A program made the position numbers and the translations under genes. Below are positions 1 to 12,563 of a stretch of DNA of 64,000 nucleotides, piece after piece; position 1 is the first letter of the stretch, and the number at the start of each line of letters is the position of its first letter. Under the pieces are notes generated by a model. That model had not been told where the DNA came from, ran no database searches, and saw only the letters and a program-made list of their open reading frames with translations. The stretch comes from Cyanophora paradoxa CCMP329 (taxonomy: Eukaryota > Plantae > Glaucophyta): assembly GCA_004431415.1 (NCBI GenBank), contig QPMI01000399.1:150306-214305 (forward strand), written 5' to 3'.

Positions 1-536
1 TTAGGAGCGTTCATGATCAACGCGTCGACGGTTGGGTGGCACGCTGGCCGCCGCTGACTTCGAGCTCTCGCACGCTTCCGTGCGCGAAGCGTTCCTCTAA
101 GATGCGCCCGCATTGCATGTGGGTCTGGACTCGCCGGGCGCTGCGTGCGCGCGGACCGACGCCAAACTCCCGATTGGCGGCCGCCTCGGGTGCGCCTCCC
201 AAGCATAGCTTGGGGCCAGCGGCGCGCGAATGCGTAGCTGACGATGCGCAGGATGCGACACGGCGCGGCCTTCGGCGGCGCGGCTCGCCGCACGGGGCAG
301 CAGCGGACGGCGGCGGCACGGCTCGCGGGACGGGCAGAGGCGCGGCGGGCGGCGGGGTGGCTCGCGGAACGGGGCGGCGGCGCAGCGGGCGGCGGGGAGG
401 CTCGCGGGACGTGGCGGAGGTGCGGCGGGCGGAGGCGGATGGGCGGGGTGGAGGCTCGGCGGTCGGCGGCGCGGCTCTGAGGGCGGGGCGGAGGCCCCCC
501 AGGTGGCGGCGCCGCTCTCCGGTGTGGCTCTTTAAC

Positions 537-569
<33 letters not shown>

Positions 570-1014
570 CCCCCTCCTCCGACCGCCCCCTGGTCGTACC
601 CCCCACCCTTTCCGACCGCTGCTGATTCCCGTACCCGCCAGACTCACCGCGGGGTCGTCTACCCCGCCGGGCACCGCGCCGGCCAAGGCGGCACCTCCCG
701 CCCCGCCGGCGGCGGGGGCCAAGGCGAGCCGGGCGCCCCTCTCCCCGCCGGCCTCGTCGACGGTGGCGGCGCTGGCGGCGGCGGCCGTGGCGGCGGCGGC
801 GGCCGTGGCGGCGGCGGCGGTCGGGCGGCGGCCCTCGCTGCAGGGGCAGGACCTCAGCGCGCCGGCCCTGGGCCCCCGGCGCCCCTCGCTGGGCGTCGAG
901 ATCCCGCCCTCGGCAGCGGGGCCCCTGAGCCCGCGGGCGCCCGCGCAGCCGCCGCCGGTCTCGCCCTTCCTGCACCGCCGGCCCCCCCCCCCCCCCCCCC
1001 CCCCCTTTCTTTAC

Positions 1015-1300
1015 CGGCGAAAACCTTCTCCGGTGTAAATTTGACCTCCGCCGTATCTTGCAGAAACCTTCTCCGGTGTAAATTTGACACAGAATCGCAC
1101 AGAAAAGCACCAAAAAGCACAGAAATGCACCACAAAGCACAGGTTGGCACCGAAAAGCACAGGAAAGCGCCGCAAAGCACAGGAAAGCACAGGTTGCACA
1201 GAAAAGCACAAGAAGGGCACAGGTTCGCATGGGTAGGCACAGGCCGACATGGGTAGGCACAGGAAACATGGGTAAACATGGGTGAACATGGGTAAACACA
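1015..1300. repeat. Short-unit tandem repeat block (AAAGCACAG-like and AACATGGGT-like units) preceded by a duplicated AAACCTTCTCCGGTGTAAATTTGAC
   Basis: Units are directly visible. Abrupt shift to lower GC after a poly-C tract. Confidence 0.75.
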
Positions 1301-1387
1301 AATTGCACGGGTAATACAGGAGTATAATTTATAAATAATATTGGGCCCCCCCCATCAGGCGAAGCCTCTTTCTCAAAACCAAAAAGA

Positions 1388-2515
1388 AACGGACGCAATT
1401 CCTTTTTTACTCCTTTTTTTCCACTCGAGACCCCCCCTACTAAATAATTTCCGTGTCGCGACTCCTCGAGGACGAATTATTAATTCTGCCTCGACACGGA
1501 CGTGACCTCGTACTAGCCACACAGCTCCCCGAACCCCTACAAACCTCTCTAGATCCATTTTTAGCGTCCTGGCGCCCGTAAGACGACCGCTCTCCCGTGG
1601 GCGTCCCGCGAAAATCGAATTTCCCTCCAGGATCAATTCCGGTACTTAACCTCCGACAAATGCAGTCCGAGTCAGAAGGTGGGACCCGGTCCCGCCCGGT
1701 CCCGCGACGAAATCGCGCCAGGGACGCCCCAGAACGATACAGAATGAGGCGCGAGGGCGAGCGCATCGCCGCAAACTCGATTTCGGGCGCCCTCGACTCT
1801 GCAGTCCGAAGAGTCGGCCGAGAATTTGATCCAGCCGGTCCCGCCCGGTCCCGCGACGCGCGAAATCGATGCGTTCTGGCGCGCATAGACATAGCACGGC
1901 CTGCGCACCCCAGCGATCCGCTTTTCGGAGCCGGAACAGTGCAGGAAGGCACCCGACAGCAAGAATTCGATCCTGCACAGGCCCGGGCATCTTTCCGCGC
2001 GCGCACGCCGCGGCGCATGCGCGGACCGATAGCATAAGCATTTCAGATGTAGAAGAAGCCTTCCACACGGTTTGCACATGCGCCCGGCCGCGAGGACCCA
2101 GCCGACCCCGAAAATTCGATCCTCTTCAGACCTGAACAACTTTCCGCGCGCCCTCCCATCCTCACGCATGCGCATCGCTGGTATATTCATTTGAGATTTT
2201 ATCAAAGCCTTCCACAAACTTCGAAGACGCGAAAGAGCACGAGAACGGACGCAATTCCTTTTTTACTCCTTTTTTTCCACTCGAGACCCCCCCTACTAAA
2301 TAATTTCCGTATCGCGACTCCTCGAGGACAAATTATTAATTCTGCCTCGACACGGACGTGACCTCGTACTAGCCACACAGCTCCCCGAACCCCTACAAAC
2401 CTCTCTAGAGCCATTTTTAGCGTCCTGGCGCCCGTAAGACGACCGCTCTCCCGTGGGCGTCCCGCGAACATCGAATTTCCCTCCAGGATCAATTCCGGTA
2501 CTTAACCTCCGACAA
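1388..2515. repeat. Pair of near-identical 272-bp direct repeats (1388-1659, 2244-2515) flanking ~585 bp; possible non-autonomous element
   Basis: Direct comparison shows only a few substitutions. Both copies give near-identical spurious ORFs in the track. Confidence 0.85.
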
Positions 2516-4680
2516 TTTCGTCCTGCGTGCTGAGGACGCGCGGCCGGGACGTCGCCGCCGTGCCCTTCCAGCACTGGCTTAGCGCGAGCGACTTTTCGGG
2601 GGCGGCCGTCGTGCGCGCCCGAGCGCCGCTCTGAGCGGGCACGGCGGGCCGGGCCGAGCGCGCGGGGCGCAGAGGGTCGAGGTGGCGGGGCGGCCCGGGC
2701 CAGCTGGACGTCGGGCGAGATCGCGGCGCGCATCACGCCCCTCTCGAGCCGCGCCGGCCGCCTCTCCCTCGTCCTCCGGCCCCCGCCCGCCCCGCCCCGC
2801 CCCGCACGGGGCCGGGGGCGGCCCTCACGGGCAGGCGCAGGTTCGAGGAGCGGGCCGCGGGGGACTGGACGGTCGCCGTGCCGGGCATCCTCAGCGCCGC
2901 CCGCCACGACGCCGGCAGGCCCAAGCGCCGCAGGGCGGCCGGCCCGCCTGCCGGCGGCGCCGGCTGCGTGCGCTGCGCCGGGCCACGCGACGAGCGCGGC
3001 GCGTCCCCGGTGCTGTGCCCCGCGCGCCGCGCGCCCCTCACGCCTCGCAGCGCCCCCGGTCCCCGCCAACTGCCCGAGGGACCCTCCTGCCCCTCCGAGG
3101 ATCCGCGCTCGCCCGTGCGGCCCCGCCCTCGCCGCGCGGCCCGCCCCACGCCCGACCCCCCGCGCGCAGCGGTGCCGCCGCTGCCGCCGGGCGCGCCTGC
3201 ACTCCTCGCCGCGTCCCTCGCGCCCCGTGCGCCCCCGCGTGCCTCCCGGTCGACCAGTGCGGGCGGTGCTGACGCCGCTCGCAGGGAGGGCGCGCCGGTC
3301 GCGTGGGCGGCCGGCCCGCGCCCCGCCCCCGCCCCCGCCGCCCGCCCGCCCCGCTGCCCGCCGCCCTCGAGGGGGGCCCTGGGGGAGCCGCCCTCTCCGC
3401 CCCCCTCCCTTCCCCTCTGCTGCCCCTCTGGGTCCTCCCGGACCTCGGGCGGAGACGCCGCCCGGGCGCGGGCCGCCCTCGGCCCCGCTGGCCCAGGCCC
3501 GCCCCGCGACCCGCCCCGCCCGCCGCGCCGCCCCGCTCAGACGCGCGGGCACAGGCGGAGCTGGTGGGCGGCCCGGCGGGGCGGCCGCTCCGGGCGCCCG
3601 GACGACGATCGCCCCCGCCGCCCTCGGCCCCTGGCAGTGCGCCCCGCCCGCCCGCCGCGCCGCCGCCCTCCCGCCTGATGGGCGGCAGCGCGGAGGCGGC
3701 GCCGGCGGACGGATGCCGCTGCGCCGCCGCCGCCCTCGACCGCATCCTTCTCCTCCAGGCCCGCCCCGGGCCCGGCCCCGGCCCGTCCCGGCCCGCCCGC
3801 GCCGACGGCGGCGCAGATGGGCGCGACGGCGCTGGCGGCGGCAGGCGCGGCCCCCGCGCGGCCGGCCGCCCCGGGGCCGCCCCGCCCCCCTCCACTTCGC
3901 GCCGCTGCTGGAGGCCGGCCCCGGGCAGGCGGCGGCGGGGGGGCCGGCCCCGGCTGGCCGGCCGACGAGGAGCCCTTCTGGGGCGAGCTCGGCGGCCTGT
4001 GGGGCGCGCCCGGCGCCCCCCGCACGCCGGCGGCGGCGCACCCCGCCCGACCGGCCTCGGGTGACGCAGCGGCGCCGCCTCCAACAGAGCTCGCCCCTCG
4101 ATCGCGAGCGCCGCTGCCGTCGCCCGCGCGGGCGTCTGCGAGCGCTCGGGGCGCCGGCGGGCAGGCCGGGGCAGTGCGCCTCGGGGGGCGCAGCGTGGCG
4201 CGCGGCGGCCCGCAGCGCACGCACCGTCGGGCCCTCTGCGAGCCCTCTGCGCAGGCACGCTGCACCCGTCTGCGGGGGCCCGTCTCCGCTGCGCGTCAGC
4301 TGGTCCCGGTCGCACACTCGGCCGGGCGCTGCAGCGGCCTTCTCTTCGTCGCATGCGGCAGCCGCAGCGCAGTTGTCCTGCCCGTTACGGCTTATTATTA
4401 ACATGTGTCTCACAGTGTGCCCGTCTCTTGATCGTTCTTCCCCCGCGACTGTTCGTGTAGTTTTGCTTCCTGTCCGTAATTCGTGTGTGCCCACCCCTCG
4501 ATTCTTCTTCCCTCGTTCTCGTAGTTTTGCCTTTCAAGTTTCCGTTTCGTACGAGATTTATACGCATCGCACATGTCGACTTCCTATTCATTATTCAGAA
4601 TCTGAAATTCTGCGTTGGTGTCGGCGGGGGCGGGCGGGGTCCCAGCCCCAGGGCGGGGCGGGCCCCATGGCCAGCGCCAG

Positions 4681-5105
4681 CTACAGCCCGTGGGGCCCGA
4701 GGATCTTCCTCGCGAGCAACACCGGCCCCATCACTGCCGCGGGTCGGGCGGAGCGGGCGCGGGGCGGGCGCGGGGCGGGGGCCGCGGGGGCGCACCAGAG
4801 GTGTCGGGGTCGGCGCGGACGCGGGCGGCGGCGGCGAGCAGCGCGCGCCGCGCCGCCGCGAGGGCCGCGCGGTCGAGCCCCGGGGCGCCTCCCCGGCCCA
4901 GCGCCAGCGCCGCCTGCCGCCCTGCGTCGAACGCACGGCGGGCGTGCGGGGGGCGGGCGGGGCACGTCGGCGCGGGCGCCCCAGCGGGCGAGGGCGTCGA
5001 GCTTGCGGTGGGGCCAGCGGGTGATGCCGGCCTCGCGGCAGAGCCGCTTGAAGGTCGTCGTCCCCAGGCCCAGCGCCCGCACCGCCTCCTGCCCGAGCGT
5101 CGGCC
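4681..5105 (-). CDS. RWP-RK domain transcription factor (domain exon; gene limits unresolved)
   Basis: QEAVRALGLGTTTFKRLCREAGITRWPHRKL matches the RWP-RK signature. The N-terminal part of the domain is not evident. Confidence 0.7.
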
Positions 5106-5126
5106 CTCAGGTAGACGTAACATTAA

Positions 5127-6995
5127 TCACTGCACACTTCTGCAAAAGCTTACCTGCCATGGACGACTTGGCCGTACATGTTTGAATGATGCAGGAAAAT
5201 GGGTTCGCCATTTGTAGAATTCTTCATAAGCAGTCACATTATCCGAGTCTAAATCACGACAGTGCACATGGAGCATTCAAGTGAGCATGGAATTCAAACC
5301 GTAGAGATATCTGAGGTAGAGAGCAAGTTCTGTTTGGTGAATTAAAAAAAAAGAAAACAACTGAAGAACGTTAATGGACAAGAAATCACATCGAACCTTA
5401 AGCTTCAGGCCCAGCGAAATCCATAGCATTGACAAATGAGTGTTTTGGGACAAAATTGGCCACATTTGGTGCACCCATGTAAACTGGCGAAGTCCCTGCC
5501 TGGAACCCACCTGCAGGTTAGGGAATCCTGGAAACACACATGCGCTGTTCTAAGAAAAACTGACACCTGAAAACCATCAAAGATCTTTTCAGTTACGTAG
5601 TCCTCGAAGTTGGCATTTTCGAATGCTGCCACTCGACATCGACGGTGCATTGGCAGAAAGCTATGACAGAATATACGAGTGCTGACCTATGTAGAACTTG
5701 TAACGAGAGATCACTTCATGCTTGTTTTTGCCAGGTGGAAGATCCTGGGCATCCAGGGGCTCTTTGCAGCTGCCATACACATCGACTACCATGAAACTTT
5801 TGAGCTTCTGTCAAAGACACCTAGGTAAAAAGAAGACAAACAAATTCGACGATATGCAAATATCCTCTAAACCAGGATGTATTCTGCTCGATGGTTGAAA
5901 GTGGCATAGCAGTTGCTATGCAAATCATGTCAAAAAAGATGCGCAGATTCCAAGAAAATTATAATAACCTGCCTGATAATAGCCACAGCACTGAAGGAGG
6001 AATCCTTCTCCTTCACCTGGCCATTGAAGTCCAGCACTTGATAAGGAATGGGGAAGTCAGAGCCAAGATCATATGTCATGTAAAAGTCAAACGCCTCCCA
6101 GAACCGTGGATTCCCCATCACGCCTCCACTGAGAATACATTGCACCAATACATTGCCTCTCAAGGAAAAGCAAAGGCACAGACGCTTGGTAAACATGGTG
6201 TTCTTCGCTTGCAAGAACCCACCGCTGATGATAGCACCGCTTCGTGCGTCGAGGTCGGAGCTCGTATTTATGTGTTGGCGCGTGGAAAACAACGAGCTAG
6301 CGCTGTGTATCTGCAAGCAAACTCTGGTTCTTCGAGAAAATGCACTGCTCATCACAGATTGGCTGCAATCGCTCATGATCAGCAAGAACGACGATCTCAC
6401 TGTGAAAAACACTGGACTTGCCTTGTCATACTCCAGAAGATGCCCTAAAAATATTGACGATGAGGAAAGGAAAACGTTCGCTTCTAAAGCATACGTATTC
6501 GAATACGCATACCTTCGTACCAGATAGGCTCATACATCAGAACGAGGGCGCGCTTAGCGTACTTTCGGTCCCATTTCGAGATAATGTGACACTCGCGAGC
6601 CTCTGTACGTGCAGACCGTGGCATCAGTTGCAGGCGCGCACGCGCACGCCAGGCGCACCGTCGTTCGGGAACAGCTCGTCAAGATCGAGGTGCGCGGACT
6701 GAAGCTCCGCGATTGTTCGGTGGAGATCGGCAATGGTCCTGGCTTGAGCTTGCACTGTCGACTCCAAATCTTGCAGATGCGCGGAAGCGCCGACGGCGGG
6801 CACCCTACTCGCGTTCCCATCCATTTCACACTGCCTCTCATGCGCACTTCTCTCATCGATATTCTCCTCGCACTTCAGCTTCTGGCCATGGTGCGCACTT
6901 CTCTCATCGATATTCTCCTCGCACTTCAGCTTCTGCAGCTGCAGGAAGGCAAGGAGTGCTGCAGCTAACCCAAGCACGAGTAAACTTCGACGCAT
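5127..6995 (-). CDS. GT10 alpha-1,3-fucosyltransferase-like, multi-exon, type II membrane protein (possibly disabled)
   Basis: N-terminal TM (MRRSLLVLGLAAALLAFL) and coiled-coil stem. Exonic motifs YMTYDLGSDFPIPY, VDVYGSC, RYKFY..AFENANFEDYVTEKIF and PVYMGAPNVANFVPKHSFVNAMDF. One splice junction near 5400 could not be resolved cleanly. Confidence 0.8.
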
Positions 6996-7177
6996 GCGAC
7001 TCAAGGGGCTACGTATACTGGGCCATAGCCAGTCATCGTTGCAATGCATGCGAGAGAAAAAACAGAGCTCAAACCCTGCCATGCCGGCGCGGCGGCGACC
7101 GGCAGTCAATTGCGCTCGGGAAGCAGCCACTGGAACTACGCGTCAAATCGCCGTAAACTGCGAGAACCCCAGCTGCG

Positions 7178-10079
7178 CTACTGGGCGCGGCCCTTGGGGG
7201 CGGGGCGGGCGCGCTCGCGCTCGAGCTCCTGGGCGGCCTTGGCTTCGATGGCCTCCCAGTCGACGGGGACCTCGCGGGCGTACTGCTGGAAGCGCTTCGA
7301 GGTCTCCTCGCGGCGGAGGGCGCGGAGCCAGCGCTGGCGGTGGCCCAGCACCGTGTCCACGTGCGTCTTGTGGCTCACCGCGAGCTCCAGCGCCCGCTCC
7401 CAGTTGTAGGTCGCCACGTTGAGCATGATGGCGCGGTAGACGAGGCCCGCCTGCAGCAGGATCGCCTCCGCCTCCTCCGGCCGCCGCATCAGCAGCGCCA
7501 GCTCCGCGTTCTGGCCCTCCACGCTCGGGATCTCTTGCACGTGCAGCACGTACTGCACCTGCTGGCCGCCGTCAGCCCCGCCCCGCCCTGCCCCGCCTGG
7601 GCCAGACCCCCCCTCCGCCCGGCGCGCCTTGTCGACGTGCTCGATGGCGGCGTAGGCCATCTCGGCCGTGCCGAGCTCCCGCCCGTTGAGCGCCATCGCC
7701 GCGAGGAGCGCCCAGAGCATCGGGTCCCGCGCGAAGCGGCAGAGCCGCACCGCCCGCTCCCAGTCCAGACGCTCCACCAGCTCGTACAGGAACCCAGGGT
7801 ACGGCGACACCTGCGCCGCCAGCTGCGCCCCGTCCGCCTGCCCGCCCCGCACGCCCACCCGTCGGCCCGCGCCGCGGGGCGCGGTGCCGCGGGGCGGTGC
7901 GCACGCGGCGGATGGCGAGGCGGTTGCCCGAGAAGGAGCCGATGTGGGCTCCCTTGCCGAACTCGCTGCGGCGGGGGCGGCGGCCGTCAGGCGGGGCGCG
8001 GCGGCCCGGCGGGGCCCGGGCGGGACGATGTGGCGGCGCACGAGGCGTCGACGTCGGAGCGGGTGGCCTCGAGGAGGCCGCGGTCGACGTACGCGACGCT
8101 CGGGTAGAAGTGCGCCCGCAGCCGCCCGTCCGCCTGAGGGACCCGTGAGGCGCGGGGGCGGGGCGCGGGGGCCGGGGCGGGGCCGCACGAGGAGGGCGAG
8201 GGCCTCGGTGCGCTCGTGCCAGCGCGCCGAGTCGACCATCCCCGCGAGCTTCACCGGCTGCACCCGCCCGCACGGCGTCACATAGAGGTCCCGGTTGCGG
8301 TCCACGAGCGCCAGCTTCCGGTCCCCCGCGCCGCCCCAGCGCGAGAGGGAGACCTCGACCACCTCGATCCCGTGCCGCACCTCGCCCAGCGCCCGCCCGC
8401 TCGCCGGCTCCACCAGCCGCACCACTGCGCGCCGTCAGGGGCCGGCCCCGACCCGCCGGCCTACCGCGGGCCCCCGCCGGGCCCCCCGCACCCTTGGGGT
8501 CGGCCCCGTCGATGACGGCGAGGCAGTCGTCCGCGAGGGCGAGCCGCTGCGTGCGCCCCGTCGGCCGGCGCGGTGGCGGGCGCGGGGGCGCGGGGGCGCG
8601 CCTGGGGGGAGAGGAGGTCGGGGCGGAGGCCGGGGAGCTTGACGGAGGCGAGGACGCGGCCCTCGTAGCTGTAGACCTGCACCCCCGAGGCCCCGTCCAC
8701 CATCGCGAAGTGCCGCCCCGCCAGCACGATCAGCGTCGCCGGCTCCTTCGTGTCGAAGATGTGCGGCGTGTTCCAGTTCGCCACGCTGTAGATGTAGCAC
8801 TGCGCCGCCGTCGCCGCGACGAGGTGGCCGTGGCCGAGGGCGAGCTTGACGACGCGGTCGCGGAAGTCGAGCTCGTCGGAGGTCTCCTGCGCCACGTCCG
8901 TGACCCGCAGCCGCGCCTCCTCCACCAGCCGCGCCTCCAGCGTGCCCCACGCCGCCCCCCGCTCCAGCACCTGCCCGAAGACCACCGCCCCCGACCCGCC
9001 GGCGGCCGCCAGCTGCGTCCCGTCCGGCGTCCACGCGATGCTCAGCAGCGAGCCCGCCGCGCACGCCTCCTTCGAGTGCGTCCAGCCCGAGCGGTCGCAC
9101 AGGCGCAGCGCGTCGAAGGCGCCGGCGGCGAAGTACTCGCCGTCCGGCGCCCACGCGACGCTCGTCACCGCGTGCTCCCCGACCCCCGACGCGAACAGCG
9201 GCCGCCCGTACGCGTCCCACACCTGCCACCCGCTCGGGGCCATGCGCTGCGCGGGCGGGGCGGGGCGGGCGGGCCTTGTAGCGGCAGTCCTCGCCAGCGG
9301 AGACGATGAGGTTGTTGACGGGGTTCCAGTCGGCGGCGAGCACGGGCGCGTCGTGCGCCTTCCACTGCAGCTGCTTCGAGGACGGCTGGATCGGCTTCAC
9401 CACGAGCTGCGCCCCGCTCGAGAAGAGGATCTGGTCGCTCTCGGGGCCCCACGCCACGCTGTAAACCGGCCGGTCTGCAGCCCCGCGCTCGGCGCCGGAC
9501 GAGCGAGTGGAGGGGGACGCCGCCGCACCGGTCTGCGCGAGGCTCGAGCGGAAGATGCCGGCCCGCGACCAGATCTTCACGCTCCCGTCCTCCCCCGCCG
9601 AGGCGATCGCCGTCCCCTCCAGGTTCCACCTAACGGATATCGCCGCGCCCTTGTGTGCCTCCACGCTCTTCTCCAGACGCCCCGTGCGGGAGACCAGCTT
9701 GATGGTCCCTGCCAAGCACGTCGGCGGCGCGCGCTGGCGCGCCGGGAACGCAGCTAGTGCCGCACCGTCGGTGCATGACACCACGAACACGTCAGATCCG
9801 CTCTGCTGCTTCGCCTTTGACGCCGGAAACCAGTGCATGTCGGTGATGTATGTCCCTTCCACCGCCATCACCTTCGCCTGCGGCTCCCCCGCAGCGCTCC
9901 ATCGCCAGATCGTCTGGTCGTCACTGCACGTCAGCAGCTCGTTGGCGGCGTTCCACCCAGCGGCCGTCACAATGTCCGAGTCTGCGAGCGGCCACGGTCT
10001 CACGGGGCGGCGCGCGGACACCCGAGAGGCAAGGGATTGCACGGTGGTTCTTCGCGAGCTGTGAGACCTTGAGCCGCAT
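7178..10079 (-). CDS. IFT80: Intraflagellar transport protein 80 (multi-exon)
   Basis: MRLKV start, WD40 repeats, GEDCRYKVWDAYGRPLF, ELDFRDRVVKLALG, NWNTPHIFD, C-terminal NWERALELAVSHKTHVDTVL. Confidence 0.95.
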
Positions 10080-10269
10080 ACTCAGGCGGCCCGGCCGGCC
10101 GGGATGCTGCTGGGCGACACGCGCAGAGAAGGTGATGCTGGGCACGCTCGTGCGCTCCTGAAGCCTCGAAGCCAATCCAAACCGGTGCCCTACGAGCAAG
10201 CCACCACCAACGCTTAAACCGGCACTTGCAATTTAGCCCGCCGACGTACCCAACCACAGAAAAAAGGAG

Positions 10270-12209
10270 ATGGCCGACCCGCGCCCGCTGCCGAGGGCGG
10301 GCTCCATCCGGCTGCACGGGGCAGTGTCCCTCGACGAGGTTCCCGGAGGCGTCGCCCCGCCCGACCGCGACCTGCCGCGCTCGGCCTCCGGGCGGCTGCT
10401 GCAGCGTGCGTGCCCCCTTTCCGATGTCTCAACCGCGGCCAGATCTGATCCGAATCATCTCTCTGCCGGATTCTGGAGCGCAGTGCCACGGAGCAATTCC
10501 ATCAAGCTCCAGATGCCGCGATCCGATTCCGGGGCTCAGCTGGCGGTGCCTGGGCCTCTCGTCCTCGAGGCACGACCGCCGAGTCCGATGGAAGTAAGCA
10601 TTGCTGCGCTCCGTAAGGGTTCCGTGCCGGCGGTGCGTTTCGTAGCGGTGCGTTTCGTCAGTTTTGCCACTGGTCAACCGGCCGGTGCGACAGCTCGGCC
10701 TTTCTTCGCCGGTTCGAGCGGTGATCGACAGCGGGCGGAGAAACTCGTCGCCCCTAGTGTCGCAGGACGCGCCAGGCACACTCGCTGTGCCCCCCTCAGT
10801 GCCGGAGGCCGGCGAGCCTTCGCCGGACGCCTCGATGGATTGTACCGGTACGGAAATCACGAACCAGCAAGCAGTTTCCGGTCTGTTTCCTCTTTCCGCG
10901 TTTCTCGCCCGCGGGGCTGACGGGGGGGCCGTGCAGCGGAAGGGATCGCGGCGGGCCTCTCCACCCTTGCGGTGGGCGACGGGACCGCTGGCGGCGCCGT
11001 GCCGTGCTCGCCTCCGAGGCGCGCGGGCTCGTTTCGGTCCTCGTCATTCAAGGGGATGGCGCCGAAGGTGCGGACGGGGGGGCGGCGGGCGGGTGGCGGG
11101 CGGGGCCGACGCGCCCCCCGGGGCGACAGATCGTTGCCTCGGGGGAGAGGAAGGAAGTTGTGATCCTGGAGCCGACGCACCTCGCGGTGGATGCGGCGCA
11201 GGAGGGCCGCCTGCGCGACCTCTTCGCCCTCTGGCGCTTTGACGAGCCCGAGACCCGCGCCCGCGTGCGCCCCAAACCGTCCCCGCCGCCGCGCCCGCCG
11301 ACGCCTGCCCAGGGCCGGGCGCACATGCTCGCGGTCGTCGAGGCGGCCGTGCGGGGCGCGCCTGCGGCCGCCCCCGCCGGCCTCGACGAAAGGCACGCCA
11401 CCCTTCCGCCGGGCGGGCGCGCGGTAGCTGAGGGCGGCGCAGGGCTGCGAGGGCGGCGGCGGCGGTGGAGGGGCGGACGGCGGCGCTGGCGGGCCTGGGG
11501 GCGGCCCCGGAGGCGAACTGGGACGACTTCTTCCTCTACTTTACGGTCCTCTGCGCTGGCGCCGGCCCGCCGACTTCGACGCCTCCTCGCCCACCTCCTC
11601 TCCCGCGCCCGCGCCCCCGTCTCCGTCCCGGCGCCCGGGCCGCGGGGAGGCGGCGGCCCCGCGACGCCGGCGGGGCGGGGGCGGGCCGGCGGGGCTCGTT
11701 CCGGTCCTCGTCGTTCAAGGGGATGGCGCCGAAGATCGTCTCGTGGACGGAGGGCGAGGGGGCGGCGCGCGTCGTCGTCGAGCCGACCCGCCTCGCCGTC
11801 GACGCGGAGGAGGAGGAGCGCCTCCGCCACCTCTACACCCTCTGGGCCTGCGGCGCCGCCCACAAGGTGCCCCGCCCCGGCCCTCCCCGCCCGGGCCCGG
11901 GCCCCGGGCCGAGGCCGCCGGCAGCTGCGGGACCTCGAGGCGGCGGTGCTGGCGGAGGTCGGCGGCGCGCCGCTCGCCTTCGCGCAGCCGGCGGAGCTCG
12001 CCGCCCGCCTCGCCCGGGCCCGCGCCGCGCTGCGGGAGCGGCCGGCGGCGGCGCAAGAGGCGGGGGAGCTCCCCCCCTGGGACGACTTCTTCCTCTTCTT
12101 CACGACCCTCTGCGCCGGCGTCGCCCCCGCCGAGTTCGACGCGTTCCTCGCCCACCTCCTCTCTCGCGCCCGCGCCCACGCACCGACCCTCCCGGGCCTC
12201 TCCCCGTGA
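10270..12209 (+). CDS. Unknown multi-exon protein with an internally duplicated domain
   Basis: Two copies of GSFRSSSFKGMAPK..EPT.LAVDA..E.RLR.L..LW..WDDFFL.FT.LCAG (about 11025-11600 and 11690-12170). Confidence 0.5.
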
Positions 12210-12563
12210 AGCCCGCATGCACGCTATGTACTGAATGATGTGTATGCTCTTGCTCTTGAGCAGCCGCCGCGCGCCCACGGCCCGACGTGCACGCGGGACG
12301 GTACGGTAAGCGTTCCGGATCCGGTCGACCAGCCCGGATGCGCATGCGCAAGCGCGGGGCGATCCCAACTGTGCAGGGGAGGGGGCGAGCGGGGGTCGGG
12401 TACAGGTCGTGCGGCCACCCCAGCTGCAGTATACGTATAGTCGAGCTGGCCGTCACTGAGTTGCCGCACGATGTCGCGAGGAGGGGAAGGTGCGCAATCT
12501 GGGCCCGCTCGCGAGATTGGTGGTGCTCCGCCGGGCTTGATAACACATGGCGCAGAAACGCCG

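Noticed and set aside
1-4600. Long Arg/Gly/Pro/Ala ORFs (400-900 aa) here and at 21.8-24.5 kb and 29.3-31.5 kb
   Set aside because: These are stop-poor shadows of very high GC content or antisense to real genes. A real gene probably lies at 2.5-4.3 kb but I could not define it.
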